DNA of 61,034 nt, taken from Candidatus Methylomirabilota bacterium. Lineage in GTDB: Bacteria; Methylomirabilota; Methylomirabilia; Rokubacteriales; CSP1-6. Shown here piece by piece: positions 45,414-54,743 of this stretch (positions are counted from its first letter, which is position 1; the number at the start of each line of letters is the position of its first letter). Below the pieces are notes generated by a model. The model did not search any database and was not told where the DNA came from. It saw only the letters and a list, made by a program, of their open reading frames with translations. The translations under genes were made by a program, and so were the position numbers. The stretch is from positions 1 through 61,034 of the forward strand of contig JBKPCO010000112.1 in the NCBI GenBank assembly GCA_046727415.1. Direction: 5' to 3'.

Positions 45414-47354
45414 ATGCGCGTACTGGTCATCGACGACGATCAAGCGGTCTGCGAGGTCTTCGGAGAGTTCCTCCAGGAGATCGGCCACGAGCCGGTCATC
45501 ACGCATAACGCTGAGACGGCGCTCGACACGCTCAGCGCGGAGAAGCCGGATGCGGTTCTCCTGGACGTGTGCCTGCCGGGAATGAGCGGCCTCGACTTCC
45601 TCCAGCACGCCACGGTTCGCGACCTGCGCGTACCGATTCTCGTAATCTCGGGTCGGGCGACCGAGAGCCAAGCTCAGGAGTGCCTGCGGGCCGGCGCCTT
45701 CGATTTCATCGGAAAGCCGGTCGCCCTCCGGCGTCTCCAGGAGGCGCTGGCGTGTTTCGAGCCGAAGCCCGACGATCCGGGCCGCAAGGTCGAGGCACCG
45801 AGCGAGCGCCGGCGGGCGCCGCGAGCGGTGGTCGAGCTGCCGGTTCGCGTTCGCGAGAAGAACGGAGCGCAGTGGGAATCGACCTCGATCAACCTCAGCG
45901 CCTCGGGCATCAAGGTGCAGGCGAAGGGCGCCCGCCACTCCGGGGGCGCGACGACCCTGTCGATCACGCTTCCGGACAGCGACACCCGGCTCGACGTGCC
46001 TTCGGTGCTCGTGCGCGCCGACGCCGACGGGTACGCGTTCAACTTCGAGGATCGCGACGACGAGCGGCTGCGGCAGATCGGCGAGCTGGTTCGCCGCGCC
46101 GCGGACGCGCCGACGGTCGACGTGGAGCCTCACGTCCGGATCCTGCACCGCATCGGCGAGGCCATCAGCGCGACGCTCGACGTCGACGAGGTACTCCGCA
46201 TCGCCCTCGACGCGCTCACGCACGTCACGGGTCACGAGATCTCGAGCCTCCACTTGCTGTCGGCGGACGGCAAGACCCTGCACCTGCGCGGCGATCGAGG
46301 CCTGCGCCCGCGCCTGCGCGAGATCAACGCCGTGCTGCCGATCGGCCAGGGCCTAATCGGCGGGGTCGCGGCGACCGGGAAGACCCTGCACTGGGCGCAC
46401 GTCAGCGAGTCGGCCGATCTGCTGCCGGCCGCCCGGGCCGCCGTCACGCAGGAAGGCATTCACGCTTTCGTGTGCGTGCCGATCAGCAGCCGCGGGCGCA
46501 TCCTCGGCGCGCTGTCGCTCGGCCGCCGGACGCGCGAGGCGTTCGTCGAGGGTGAGATCGCCCTCGTCGAGGCGTGCGCGAACCAGATCGGCCTGGCGCT
46601 GCAGAACGCTCAGCTCTACTCGGCGACGCGGCGACAGCTCGAGGACCTCAAGTCGGCCGAGGCGCAGCTCATCGAGGGCGAGAAGCTCTCGACAGTCGGC
46701 AAGCTGGCAGCGGGCCTCGCACACGAAACGCGCAATCGCCTGACGGCCATCCTCGGCCAGGCCGAGCTCCTGCTCATGGGCTCGGACGATCCGGTCAAGA
46801 GCCGCGAGCGGCTGCACATCATCGTCCAGGAGACGTCACGCGCGGCGCAGATGCTCCAGAACCTCCTCAGGTACACGTCGCGGACCGAGACCGAGCGCCG
46901 CGCCTGCCGGCTCCAGGACCAGATCCAGTGGGTGCTCGAGCTCAAAGGTCATCAGCTGCATCGCGACGGCGTCAAGGTGGTCACCGAGTTCGAGGACGTG
47001 CGGCCGGTGCTGGCCGACGAGGGCCAGATCCAGCAGGTCATCCTCAACCTCGTCCAGAACGCGCACCAGGCGATGGCCCAGCACAAGGGTGAGAAGGTTA
47101 TCACCGTGCGCCTGTCGGAGACCGGCGGGTCGGACGTTCGTCTGGAGGTGCTCGACTCCGGGCCCGGCATTCATCCGAACGTGCTCCCGCGAATCTTCGA
47201 CGCGTTCACCACGACGAAGGCACCCGGCGAAGGCACCGGCCTCGGGCTCTGGGTCTCGTACTCCATCGTCGAACAGCATCGGGGCACCCTTCACGCCACC
47301 AATCGGCCCGAGGGCGGGGCGGCGTTCATCGTCGAGTTGCCCGCGGCAATCTGA
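45414..47354 (+). CDS. Hybrid sensor: REC - PilZ - GAF - HisKA - HATPase_c
   Basis: 646 aa. REC has D51 ('LLDVCLPGMSG') and 'GKP'. PilZ has RxxxR (133-137) and NxSxxG (160-165). There is also a GAF region, H-box 'LAHETRNRL', and the N/G boxes. Confidence 0.9.
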   Translation: MRVLVIDDDQAVCEVFGEFLQEIGHEPVITHNAETALDTLSAEKPDAVLLDVCLPGMSGLDFLQHATVRDLRVPILVISGRATESQAQECLRAGAFDFIGKPVALRRLQEALACFEPKPDDPGRKVEAPSERRRAPRAVVELPVRVREKNGAQWESTSINLSASGIKVQAKGARHSGGATTLSITLPDSDTRLDVPSVLVRADADGYAFNFEDRDDERLRQIGELVRRAADAPTVDVEPHVRILHRIGEAISATLDVDEVLRIALDALTHVTGHEISSLHLLSADGKTLHLRGDRGLRPRLREINAVLPIGQGLIGGVAATGKTLHWAHVSESADLLPAARAAVTQEGIHAFVCVPISSRGRILGALSLGRRTREAFVEGEIALVEACANQIGLALQNAQLYSATRRQLEDLKSAEAQLIEGEKLSTVGKLAAGLAHETRNRLTAILGQAELLLMGSDDPVKSRERLHIIVQETSRAAQMLQNLLRYTSRTETERRACRLQDQIQWVLELKGHQLHRDGVKVVTEFEDVRPVLADEGQIQQVILNLVQNAHQAMAQHKGEKVITVRLSETGGSDVRLEVLDSGPGIHPNVLPRIFDAFTTTKAPGEGTGLGLWVSYSIVEQHRGTLHATNRPEGGAAFIVELPAAI

Positions 47355-47379
47355 GCAGGGCCGAAGGGAGCTCGCCAGC

Positions 47380-48810
47380 TCAGGCGGTATCCGGCGGACG
47401 TCGCTTCGACCAGTCCGTGGCCTGCTCATACGCGTGCGCCACCCGCAGCAGCGTGGCCTCATCGAAGCGCCGCGCGATGAGCTGCACGCTGATCGGCAGC
47501 CCCGAGCGCGTGAAGCCACATGGAACGGCGATGGCGGGCGTTCCAGCCAGGGCGGCCGGCGTGACGTAGGAGCGGCGCGTGAAGAACCGCCCCGCGGCCT
47601 CGTGGCGCGTGGCGATCGCCGCGCGCGCGGCCGCGATGGGCGGCGCGGCCTGGTGCGCGGTCGGGCACAACAGCACATCGTGGCGCGCGAGCAGGTCGAG
47701 CATCTCGGCGCGGAGCAGCGCGCGCGCCCGCGCCGCGCGCTGCTGGATCACGGACGGGATGAGGCTCGCCGTGAGGAGCCGCCGCCGGGTGCCGTGGTCG
47801 TAGTCGGCCGCGCGCGTGCGGAGCCAGCGGTGGTGCACGCCGGCGCCGTCGGCGTCGGCCAGCGCCATGAAGATCGCCCCGGCCAGCGGGACCAGGCGGA
47901 GCGAGACCTCCTCGGTGGCGGCGCCGAGCCCCTCCAGCTTGCGCGCCGCGGCGACGACGGCATCCCGCACTTCCGGCTCGGTGTCCGCCCCGAAGGTGAG
48001 CTCGCGGATGATCCCGACACGCAGCCCGCGGACGCTATCGCCGAGCGCGCGCCCGTAGTCCGGCACCGGCGCGTGGCTCGTCAACGGGTCGTTCGGGTCG
48101 TAGCCGGCGATCGCCTGGAGGAGCAACGCGGCGTCCTCGACGGTGCGGCCGAGCGGTCCCGGAGTGTCCATCGACCAGCTCAGCGGGAACGAGCCGTGCC
48201 GCGACACCCGGCCCCACGTCGGCCGTAGGCCGACGACGCCGCAGAAGGACGCCGGCGATCGCACGGAGCCGCCCGTGTCTTCACCGAGCGACACGGCGCA
48301 GAGCGCTGCGGCGACTGCGATACCCGAGCCCGACGAGGAGCCGCCCGGGTCGTGATCCGTATTCCACGGGTTGCGTGGCTGACCGAACGGAAACTGCTGC
48401 GTGCCGCCGAGCGCGAATTCGGTGAGGTTCAGCTTCCCGAGCAGGATGCCGCCGGCCGAGTTCAGCCTCGCGATCGTCGTCGCGTCGGCGGTTGGCACGT
48501 TGTCCTCCAGAATCCGCGAGCCGGACGTCGTGCGCACGCCGGCGGTATCGAACTGGTCTTTGACCGCGTAGGGAATGCCGTGAAGCGCCGGAAGCGTTTC
48601 GCCCCGCATCACGGACGCCTCCGCCCGCCGCGCCGACGCCAGTGCCGCCTCCGGCAGCACCGTGATGTAGGCCCGGAGACGCCCGTCGAGGCGCTCGATT
48701 CGCTCGAGATAGAGCTGTGTCAGCTCGACCGGCGACACCTTCCGATCGCGCACGAGCCCGGCGAGCTGACGGGCCCCGAAAAAGGCGAGATCGGTGCGGT
48801 CAGCCATCAC
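47380..48810 (-). CDS. Amidase (GatA/AtzE-like amidase-signature enzyme)
   Basis: 476 aa with 'GGSSSGSGIAVAA'. Its start overlaps the stop of the 63-aa GatC-like ORF. Confidence 0.9.
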   Translation of the reverse strand: MMADRTDLAFFGARQLAGLVRDRKVSPVELTQLYLERIERLDGRLRAYITVLPEAALASARRAEASVMRGETLPALHGIPYAVKDQFDTAGVRTTSGSRILEDNVPTADATTIARLNSAGGILLGKLNLTEFALGGTQQFPFGQPRNPWNTDHDPGGSSSGSGIAVAAALCAVSLGEDTGGSVRSPASFCGVVGLRPTWGRVSRHGSFPLSWSMDTPGPLGRTVEDAALLLQAIAGYDPNDPLTSHAPVPDYGRALGDSVRGLRVGIIRELTFGADTEPEVRDAVVAAARKLEGLGAATEEVSLRLVPLAGAIFMALADADGAGVHHRWLRTRAADYDHGTRRRLLTASLIPSVIQQRAARARALLRAEMLDLLARHDVLLCPTAHQAAPPIAAARAAIATRHEAAGRFFTRRSYVTPAALAGTPAIAVPCGFTRSGLPISVQLIARRFDEATLLRVAHAYEQATDWSKRRPPDTA

Positions 48811-48998
48811 GAAGCGGGCGGCCCGTCGGCGAGACCGGGAGTCGGCTCGACCGTCTCGAGCTGCAAGGCGGCGAGGGGCTCCAGGACCTCGATGAGCGCG
48901 TTGAGGCGGTGGGTGACCTCGACGAGATCGTCGGAGGCGACCTGCAGCCCGAGCGCCGCCGCGAGCGCCGCCACGTGATCGGTCGTCAGGTCACTCAC
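48807..48998 (-). CDS. GatC/AtzG-like small subunit (63 aa)
   Basis: 'TTDHVAALAAALGLQVASDDLVEVTHRLNALIEVLEPLAALQLETVEPT' follows the GatC pattern (...A.LA.L.....E......L..I......L..........EPT). Translationally coupled to the amidase. Confidence 0.65.
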   Translation of the reverse strand: MSDLTTDHVAALAAALGLQVASDDLVEVTHRLNALIEVLEPLAALQLETVEPTPGLADGPPAS

Positions 48999-49016
48999 CG
49001 TCCCCCCTCGAGAGTC

Positions 49017-50444
49017 TCAGCACGCCGCGCGGCGAAGTATCTCAGGCGAGATCTTCCGCGGCACCAGCTTGCCGTCGCGTCGATCGCTGACCATGCGCCG
49101 ATTCTCCACGACCACGCGGCCGCGCAGGATCGTCGTCACCGGCCAGCCCTGGATCGACCACCCTTCCCACGGGCTGTAGTCGCTCACGTGGAAGTCGTCC
49201 TTCGTGAGCGTCTTCCGGATGCTGGGATCGACGATGGCGATGTCGGCGTCGCTGCCGGGCGCGAGCGCGCCCTTCCTCGGGTAGAGCCCGAGGATGCGCG
49301 CGGCGTTCGTGGACGTCACCTCGGCGAACCGCTCGAGCGACATTCCCCGCTTCACCACGCCCTCCGAGTAGACGATCCCCATCCGCGCCTCGGCGCCGAG
49401 GTTGCCGCCGGTGACGTTCTCCAGATCCTGCCCGCGCAGCTTCAGCTCGAGCGAGGTCGGGAATTCATCGGTGGCCGTCGTCGAGATGCCGTCGCGCACG
49501 AGCCCGTTCCAGAGCGCCTTCTGGTCTTCGGGATATTTCAGCGACGGATACGTGTGGTAGCAGAAGCCGCGCGGCGTGCGGTAGTCCTCGGCGGTGAAGC
49601 ACGTGTAGTGATGGAGCGTCTCGGCGTAGATCGGGTAGCCCCCGGCCCGCGCCTCGGCGACGGCGTCGACGCCCTCGCGCGCGGATGTGTGGACGAAGTA
49701 GACGCCAGCGCCGGTGTACGCCGCGAGCTGGATCGTGCGACGGAACGCGAGCTGCTCGGAGAGCTTGTTGTGCACCAGCGGCAGGAGCCAGCCGTCCGTC
49801 TGCTTCTCCTCGCGGAACTTCTCGTACATGAACTGGACGATGTCGTTGTCTTCGGCGTGGACGGCCATGATGCCGCCATGCGGGGCCGCCTTCTCCATGG
49901 CCAGCTGGATGCGGCCGTAGTCCAGCCGGTACGGATTCCGTTTGGGGTGTGGCGGTAGCACCTCGACCGTGAACACCTTGAAGCTCGGGAAGCCGCCCTG
50001 GATCGTCTCGGGGATCTGGTCGAAGACCCGGAGGGGCAGCTGCCCCTGGAGCGCGACGTGGAAGGAATAATCCGCGTAGGAATTCCCCTTCCAGCGCGCC
50101 GACCGGCTCTCGATCGCCTGCTCGATGTCGGTCCCGGGCCGCACGAAGCAGAAGTCGACGTGCGTGGTCGTCCCGCCGAAAACCATCCCGCGCGTGTCTT
50201 CTTCAGGGCCGAGCGTGTGGAGATTTTCTTCCGGATGCATCGAGATGAAGTGGGCAAGGTGCGTGTGCGGCTCGACGCCGCCGGGCACGACGATCTTGCC
50301 GCTCGCGTCGATGACTCGCGTGGCCTCGAGCTTCTGCTCGGGCAACGCGAGGGCGACGATGCGCTCCCCCTCGATGCCCACGTCCCACTTACCGACGCCC
50401 TGCGGCGTCACCACATCGCCTCCGCGAACCAAGAGCTCCAGCAT
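49017..50444 (-). CDS. Dihydropyrimidinase/hydantoinase-like cyclic amidohydrolase
   Basis: 475 aa from the ATG at 50444 (GGAGG SD). 'GGVEPHTH', 'PSFKVFTV', 'VHAEDND' and 'FVHTSAREG'. Confidence 0.85.
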   Translation of the reverse strand: MLELLVRGGDVVTPQGVGKWDVGIEGERIVALALPEQKLEATRVIDASGKIVVPGGVEPHTHLAHFISMHPEENLHTLGPEEDTRGMVFGGTTTHVDFCFVRPGTDIEQAIESRSARWKGNSYADYSFHVALQGQLPLRVFDQIPETIQGGFPSFKVFTVEVLPPHPKRNPYRLDYGRIQLAMEKAAPHGGIMAVHAEDNDIVQFMYEKFREEKQTDGWLLPLVHNKLSEQLAFRRTIQLAAYTGAGVYFVHTSAREGVDAVAEARAGGYPIYAETLHHYTCFTAEDYRTPRGFCYHTYPSLKYPEDQKALWNGLVRDGISTTATDEFPTSLELKLRGQDLENVTGGNLGAEARMGIVYSEGVVKRGMSLERFAEVTSTNAARILGLYPRKGALAPGSDADIAIVDPSIRKTLTKDDFHVSDYSPWEGWSIQGWPVTTILRGRVVVENRRMVSDRRDGKLVPRKISPEILRRAAC

Positions 50445-50563
50445 CGCGCGTCCTCCAATCACGAGAGCGGTCGTCGCACGCCTGTCCGGGCGTGCTGGAC
50501 GGGTATCACGCGCCAGGGCGCCGGGTCAAGGCATGATGCCCCGGCCGGGCGGCGCGCATTTTC

Positions 50564-50593
50564 TTGACAGGGGCGCCGAGGGGAATCTATAAA
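50564..50593 (+). promoter_or_regulatory. Near-consensus sigma-70 promoter (TTGACA-18-TATAAA)
   Basis: -35 TTGACA at 50564-50569 and -10 TATAAA at 50588-50593. This is an AT-rich patch in otherwise GC-rich DNA, about 50 nt upstream of the ATG at 50642. Confidence 0.5.
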
Positions 50594-50641
50594 AATTCCA
50601 CAGCGGAAGCGCAGGCCTCGGTCATCAATCGGGAGGGTACG

Positions 50642-51430
50642 ATGATGCGCATCACGGCAAGACTTAGGCTCACACTCGTGCTGGTGGTGGCGGCACTCAC
50701 CCTGCTCAGCGCGACGTCGCTCACCGCGCAGGACGTGCTCACGAACGATTCGGTCATCTCGATGAAGAAGGCCGGGCTGTCCGATTCGCTGATCCTCGCG
50801 AAGATCCGCTCGAGCGCGACCAAGTTCGACACCAGCACCAAGGGGCTCATCGCCCTCAAGAACGCGGGGCTTTCCGATCAGATCATCGAGGCCATGGTGA
50901 GCCACTCGGGCACCGCGGCCGCGCCGGCGCAGCAGCCGGCGCCACCCCCCACGGCCGCGGCCACCCCGGGGGCCGCCCGGCAGACCATCTCGTACCTCTC
51001 CGGCGGCAAGGCCGTAGAGCTCACCGCCGCCGTCGGGTCCATCGAGTTCAGCACCGGCTTCTTCGATTCCAAGAGTGAGCTGGTTCTCAGGGGCCGAAAG
51101 GCGCAGTATCGGATCACGGACAAGAAGCCCACCTTCTACAGCGCGTGGTCCGCGAACGACGCGCCGCTGGTGCGGCTCAAGCCGGGCAGCGACCACGACG
51201 ACCGGAACCTCAAGATCTCGAGCGGCTCGTACGCGCCCTACGGCGGCGGCTCGATCAAGTACGGCGTGCGCAGCGAGGACCGGGTCGACCTGGAGCCCGC
51301 CGAGAAGGACGCGCGCGGCTACTACCGTCTGACTCCCAGGGAGCCGCTGAAGCCGGGCGAGTACGGCTTCGTCCTCACCTACGGCACCCAGGGCACCACC
51401 GGCCAGATCTACGACTTCGGAGTGGACTAG
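50642..51430 (+). CDS. Secreted hypothetical protein with a duplicated 'K.AGLSD..I' motif and a Pro/Ala linker
   Basis: 262 aa from the ATG at 50642 (GGGAGGG SD). Signal peptide 'LVLVVAALTLLSATSLTAQ'. Confidence 0.65.
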   Translation: MMRITARLRLTLVLVVAALTLLSATSLTAQDVLTNDSVISMKKAGLSDSLILAKIRSSATKFDTSTKGLIALKNAGLSDQIIEAMVSHSGTAAAPAQQPAPPPTAAATPGAARQTISYLSGGKAVELTAAVGSIEFSTGFFDSKSELVLRGRKAQYRITDKKPTFYSAWSANDAPLVRLKPGSDHDDRNLKISSGSYAPYGGGSIKYGVRSEDRVDLEPAEKDARGYYRLTPREPLKPGEYGFVLTYGTQGTTGQIYDFGVD

Positions 51431-51474
51431 AAGTTTCCGGCCTCGGCAGGCCCGACGCCCAGTTGGCAGCGGTC

Positions 51475-52452
51475 ATGAGCACTGATGTCCTGGCTCTCGT
51501 GCGGCTCACTCCTGAACGGATAGCCGCACTGACCGCAGCCGGCTACGCCGTTCGCGAGGGGACGAGGTACGCGAGCCGGATAGACGCCCTTCGCGACGGC
51601 CGCGCTACCGTCAGGGTTGTTCTGACCAACGGCCGTGGCGGCCTCAGCGGCGACGAGATGGCATTGCTTCCGAATCTCGAGATCGTCTGCGCCGTCGGCG
51701 CCGGCTATGAGGCCATCGATCTCGACACAGCCCGGAGTCGAGGCATCGCCGTCGCCAATTGTCCCGACGCGAACGCATCCGCTGTCGCCGACTCCGCCAT
51801 GATGCTGTTGATGGCAACCACCCGGCACCTGCTTCAGGCCGACCGCCTCGTCCGTGCCGGTGGATGGCAAGACCAGTGGCATGTCGACACCCCGACCATT
51901 TCCGGCAAGCGCCTGGGTGTTCTCGGCCTGGGTAAGATCGGGAGCAGGATTGCGCACCGCGCCGCGCGTAGCTTCGACATGGAGGTGGGCTATCACAACC
52001 GGAAACCCGTCAGCGGCTCTCCCTATCGATATTTTGACAGTCTGATCGAGCTCGCGATGTGGGCCGATTTCCTGATTGCCGCCGCGCCCGGCGGCGCGGG
52101 GACGCGCCATCTCGTCAACGCGGACGTTCTAACGGCCCTCGGTTCCAGCGGGTATCTCGTCAACATCGGACGCGGGACGGTTGTGGATACCGTGGCGCTG
52201 ATCGATGCTCTGCGATCGAAGCGCATTGCCGGGGCGGGTCTGGATGTCGTCGAGGGCGAACCGGACGTGCCGCCGAAGCTTCCGGAGCTTCTACAATTCG
52301 ACAACGTGATTGTCACGCCGCACGTAGCCGGGCGGGCACCGGAATCGCGCACGGCCGCGACCGCGTTGCTTCTCGCCAATCTGAACGCGCATTTTTCCGG
52401 AAATCCGCTTCCGTCGCCGGTCCCATTCAAGGTCTCAGAGCACACTCCATGA
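51475..52452 (+). CDS. D-isomer-specific 2-hydroxyacid dehydrogenase (glyoxylate/hydroxypyruvate reductase-like)
   Basis: 325 aa from the ATG at 51475. 'LGVLGLGKIGSRIA', 'NIGRG' and 'TPHVAG'. Confidence 0.85.
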   Translation: MSTDVLALVRLTPERIAALTAAGYAVREGTRYASRIDALRDGRATVRVVLTNGRGGLSGDEMALLPNLEIVCAVGAGYEAIDLDTARSRGIAVANCPDANASAVADSAMMLLMATTRHLLQADRLVRAGGWQDQWHVDTPTISGKRLGVLGLGKIGSRIAHRAARSFDMEVGYHNRKPVSGSPYRYFDSLIELAMWADFLIAAAPGGAGTRHLVNADVLTALGSSGYLVNIGRGTVVDTVALIDALRSKRIAGAGLDVVEGEPDVPPKLPELLQFDNVIVTPHVAGRAPESRTAATALLLANLNAHFSGNPLPSPVPFKVSEHTP

Positions 52453-52462
52453 GACTTGGACT

Positions 52463-52894
52463 ATGACGATGGCTTCGTATCAGCGCGCGGTGCCGGTGCT
52501 GCAGGTCGCCAACGTGGAGACGAGCCTACGGTGGTACGCCGATGTGCTCGGCTTCGGGGCCAATCCCTTCCCGAAGAGCCCGCCGTATTCGTTCGCGATA
52601 CTGCGACGAGACGACGCGGAAATCATGCTCCAGTGCGCCGACGAGACCGACGGCCCGGGCTCGCCGCCGCGCCGGGCTGATCCGGAGTTTCGCTGGTCGA
52701 TTTACCTTCGGGTCAGCGGAACCGCGATCCTCGAAGTGGCTGCTGCAGCCGGAAAGAAGGCGCCGCTGATGCGCGGTCCGGAGCGGATGGCGTATGGTCT
52801 CGTGGAGTTCGAGCTTTGCGACCTCGACGGCTACCGCGTTTGCGTCAGCGGCGAAGTGCCCGCCGGGACAACCGTCAAAGCGCGGGAGGAATAG
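52463..52894 (+). CDS. VOC (glyoxalase/bleomycin-resistance) family protein
   Basis: 143 aa with a bleomycin-resistance-like N-terminus 'AVPVLQVANVETSLRWYADVLGF'. Confidence 0.8.
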   Translation: MTMASYQRAVPVLQVANVETSLRWYADVLGFGANPFPKSPPYSFAILRRDDAEIMLQCADETDGPGSPPRRADPEFRWSIYLRVSGTAILEVAAAAGKKAPLMRGPERMAYGLVEFELCDLDGYRVCVSGEVPAGTTVKAREE

Positions 52895-52904
52895 CGCCCC
52901 GGGT

Positions 52905-53957
52905 TCACGGCGGAATCGCGACTTTCTTCAGTAGCTCCAGGTCGTCGAGGAGCTTGCCCGCCCCGAGCGCGGCACAGCTCAGCGGGTCGTCCGCGACGCG
53001 CACCGGCAGCTTGGTCACTTGCTGCAGGAGCCAGGCAATTCCCCGCAGGAGCGCGCCGCCGCCCGTCAGCACCACACCCTTCTCGATGATATCGGCCGCG
53101 AGCTCGGGCGGAGTCCGCTCGAGACAGGTGCGGACCGTCTCCACGATGGTCATGATGGGCTCGCGCAGCGACTCACGGATTTCCTCGTCGGTCACGATGA
53201 GCGTCTTCGGCACGCCGTCAACCAGATCGCGCCCCTTGACCTCGATCGAGCAGCGCTCGATGGCATCCGGATGCGCCGAGCCGAGCGCGATCTTGATCTC
53301 CTCGGCCCGCCGTTCGCCCACCAGCAGCCGGTACTGCTTTCGAATGTGCTGGATGATCGCCTCGTCCATCTCGTCGCCGGCGATCCGCACCGAGTTGCAG
53401 TAGACCGTGCCCGACATCGAGATGACGGCGACCTCGGTCGTACCGCCGCCGATGTCGACGATCAGATGTCCACCCGGCTCGTGGATCGGCAGTCCCGCGC
53501 CGATCGCCGCCGCCGTCGGCTCCTCGATCAGGTAGACGTCGCGCGCGCCGGTCTGCAGCGCCGCATCGCGCACCGCCCGCTTCTCCACCTGGGTGATCCC
53601 CGACGGCACGCCGACGACCACCCGCGGGCGGTCGAGAAACCAGGCGTGACTGCGTCCGGTCGAGATCTTCCGGGCGGACTCGATGAAGTACTGGAGCATC
53701 CGCTCGGTGACCTCGAAGTCGGCGATCACCCCGTCCTTCAGGGGACGGAGCGCCATGATGTTCTCGGGGGTGCGGCCGAGCATCGCTTTGGCCTCGTGCC
53801 CCACCCCGATCACGGCGTTGTCGGTTTTCCGGATCGCGATGATCGATGGCTCGTTGATCACGATGCCCCGACCCCGTACGAAGACGAGCGTGTTGGCGGT
53901 ACCCAGGTCAATGGCCAGGTCGGATGAGAACAGTCCCAGCAGACGGTCGGCGAGCAT
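52905..53957 (-). CDS. mreB: Rod-shape-determining actin homolog MreB
   Basis: 350 aa from the ATG at 53957. 'DLAIDLGTANTLV', 'DIGGGTTEVAV' and 'GIVLTGGGALL'. Confidence 0.93.
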   Translation of the reverse strand: MLADRLLGLFSSDLAIDLGTANTLVFVRGRGIVINEPSIIAIRKTDNAVIGVGHEAKAMLGRTPENIMALRPLKDGVIADFEVTERMLQYFIESARKISTGRSHAWFLDRPRVVVGVPSGITQVEKRAVRDAALQTGARDVYLIEEPTAAAIGAGLPIHEPGGHLIVDIGGGTTEVAVISMSGTVYCNSVRIAGDEMDEAIIQHIRKQYRLLVGERRAEEIKIALGSAHPDAIERCSIEVKGRDLVDGVPKTLIVTDEEIRESLREPIMTIVETVRTCLERTPPELAADIIEKGVVLTGGGALLRGIAWLLQQVTKLPVRVADDPLSCAALGAGKLLDDLELLKKVAIPP

Positions 53958-54142
53958 CGGCGCCAAGGCTAGCAAGAGCTGCGCCACGCCGGACTCGGGA
54001 GTGAAACAGTGATCGGACAACGCGTCAGCAACCAGGCAGTCACCGACTGGTGATCGAACGATGACACCGGCGACGCCCGGCGGACAGCCGACGGACGGCT
54101 CGGATCAGCTCGGGCGCCGCCGTTCTGACCGTCGGCCCGGGC

Positions 54143-54460
54143 TTAGGCCTTGCCCCAGTAGGGACGGTTGGCGGGGAACACGGGCTTGCAGCGCGTGGCC
54201 TGAGTCGGCCCATCCAGCGAGTCGGCGGCGGCGCGCCAGACAGCGTAGTGCGGAGCGGCGCGATGCGCCTCGAGCGCCGCCTGGTCCTTGTACACCTCGT
54301 AGAAGTAGTACGTGTTTTCGTCCTGCTCGTCCTGCAGGACGTTGAACCGGAGGCAGCCGGGCTCGTCCCGTTCGGAGCCGAGCGCGTCCACCTCGATCGC
54401 CTCGAGAAACCGCTTCTTCTGGTCCGGCTTCACCTTCACCTTCACCCAGATCGCGAGCAT
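54143..54460 (-). CDS. Antibiotic biosynthesis monooxygenase (ABM) domain protein
   Basis: 105 aa from the ATG at 54460 (GGAGG SD). 'FNVLQDEQDENTYYFYEVYKDQAALEAH' is typical of ABM. The 274-aa ORF-track entry over-extends. Confidence 0.8.
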   Translation of the reverse strand: MLAIWVKVKVKPDQKKRFLEAIEVDALGSERDEPGCLRFNVLQDEQDENTYYFYEVYKDQAALEAHRAAPHYAVWRAAADSLDGPTQATRCKPVFPANRPYWGKA

Positions 54461-54743
54461 TGAGGCCTCCTTGTTCCCGATGGTAAGGCGGATGGTAGCG
54501 CGAAGCCGCGGCGTGCGCCGGACGAAAGCAAGGCACCGGGCAAGAACGTCCGTGTAGTTCCTACCTTGATCCGTGCATTCCGACCTCGTTGAACGCAGGA
54601 GGGGGCCGGCTACTGCGCCAAGTTCCCGAAATCCGGAGATCTCGCCCGTGCACGACGCGCGGCCCCTTCGCTGGCACGAAAGCTGCCCATCGAGGGTGCG
54701 AGCAGTTTCGAGGGTGGACATGAATCGAAAAGGGGGACATGAG

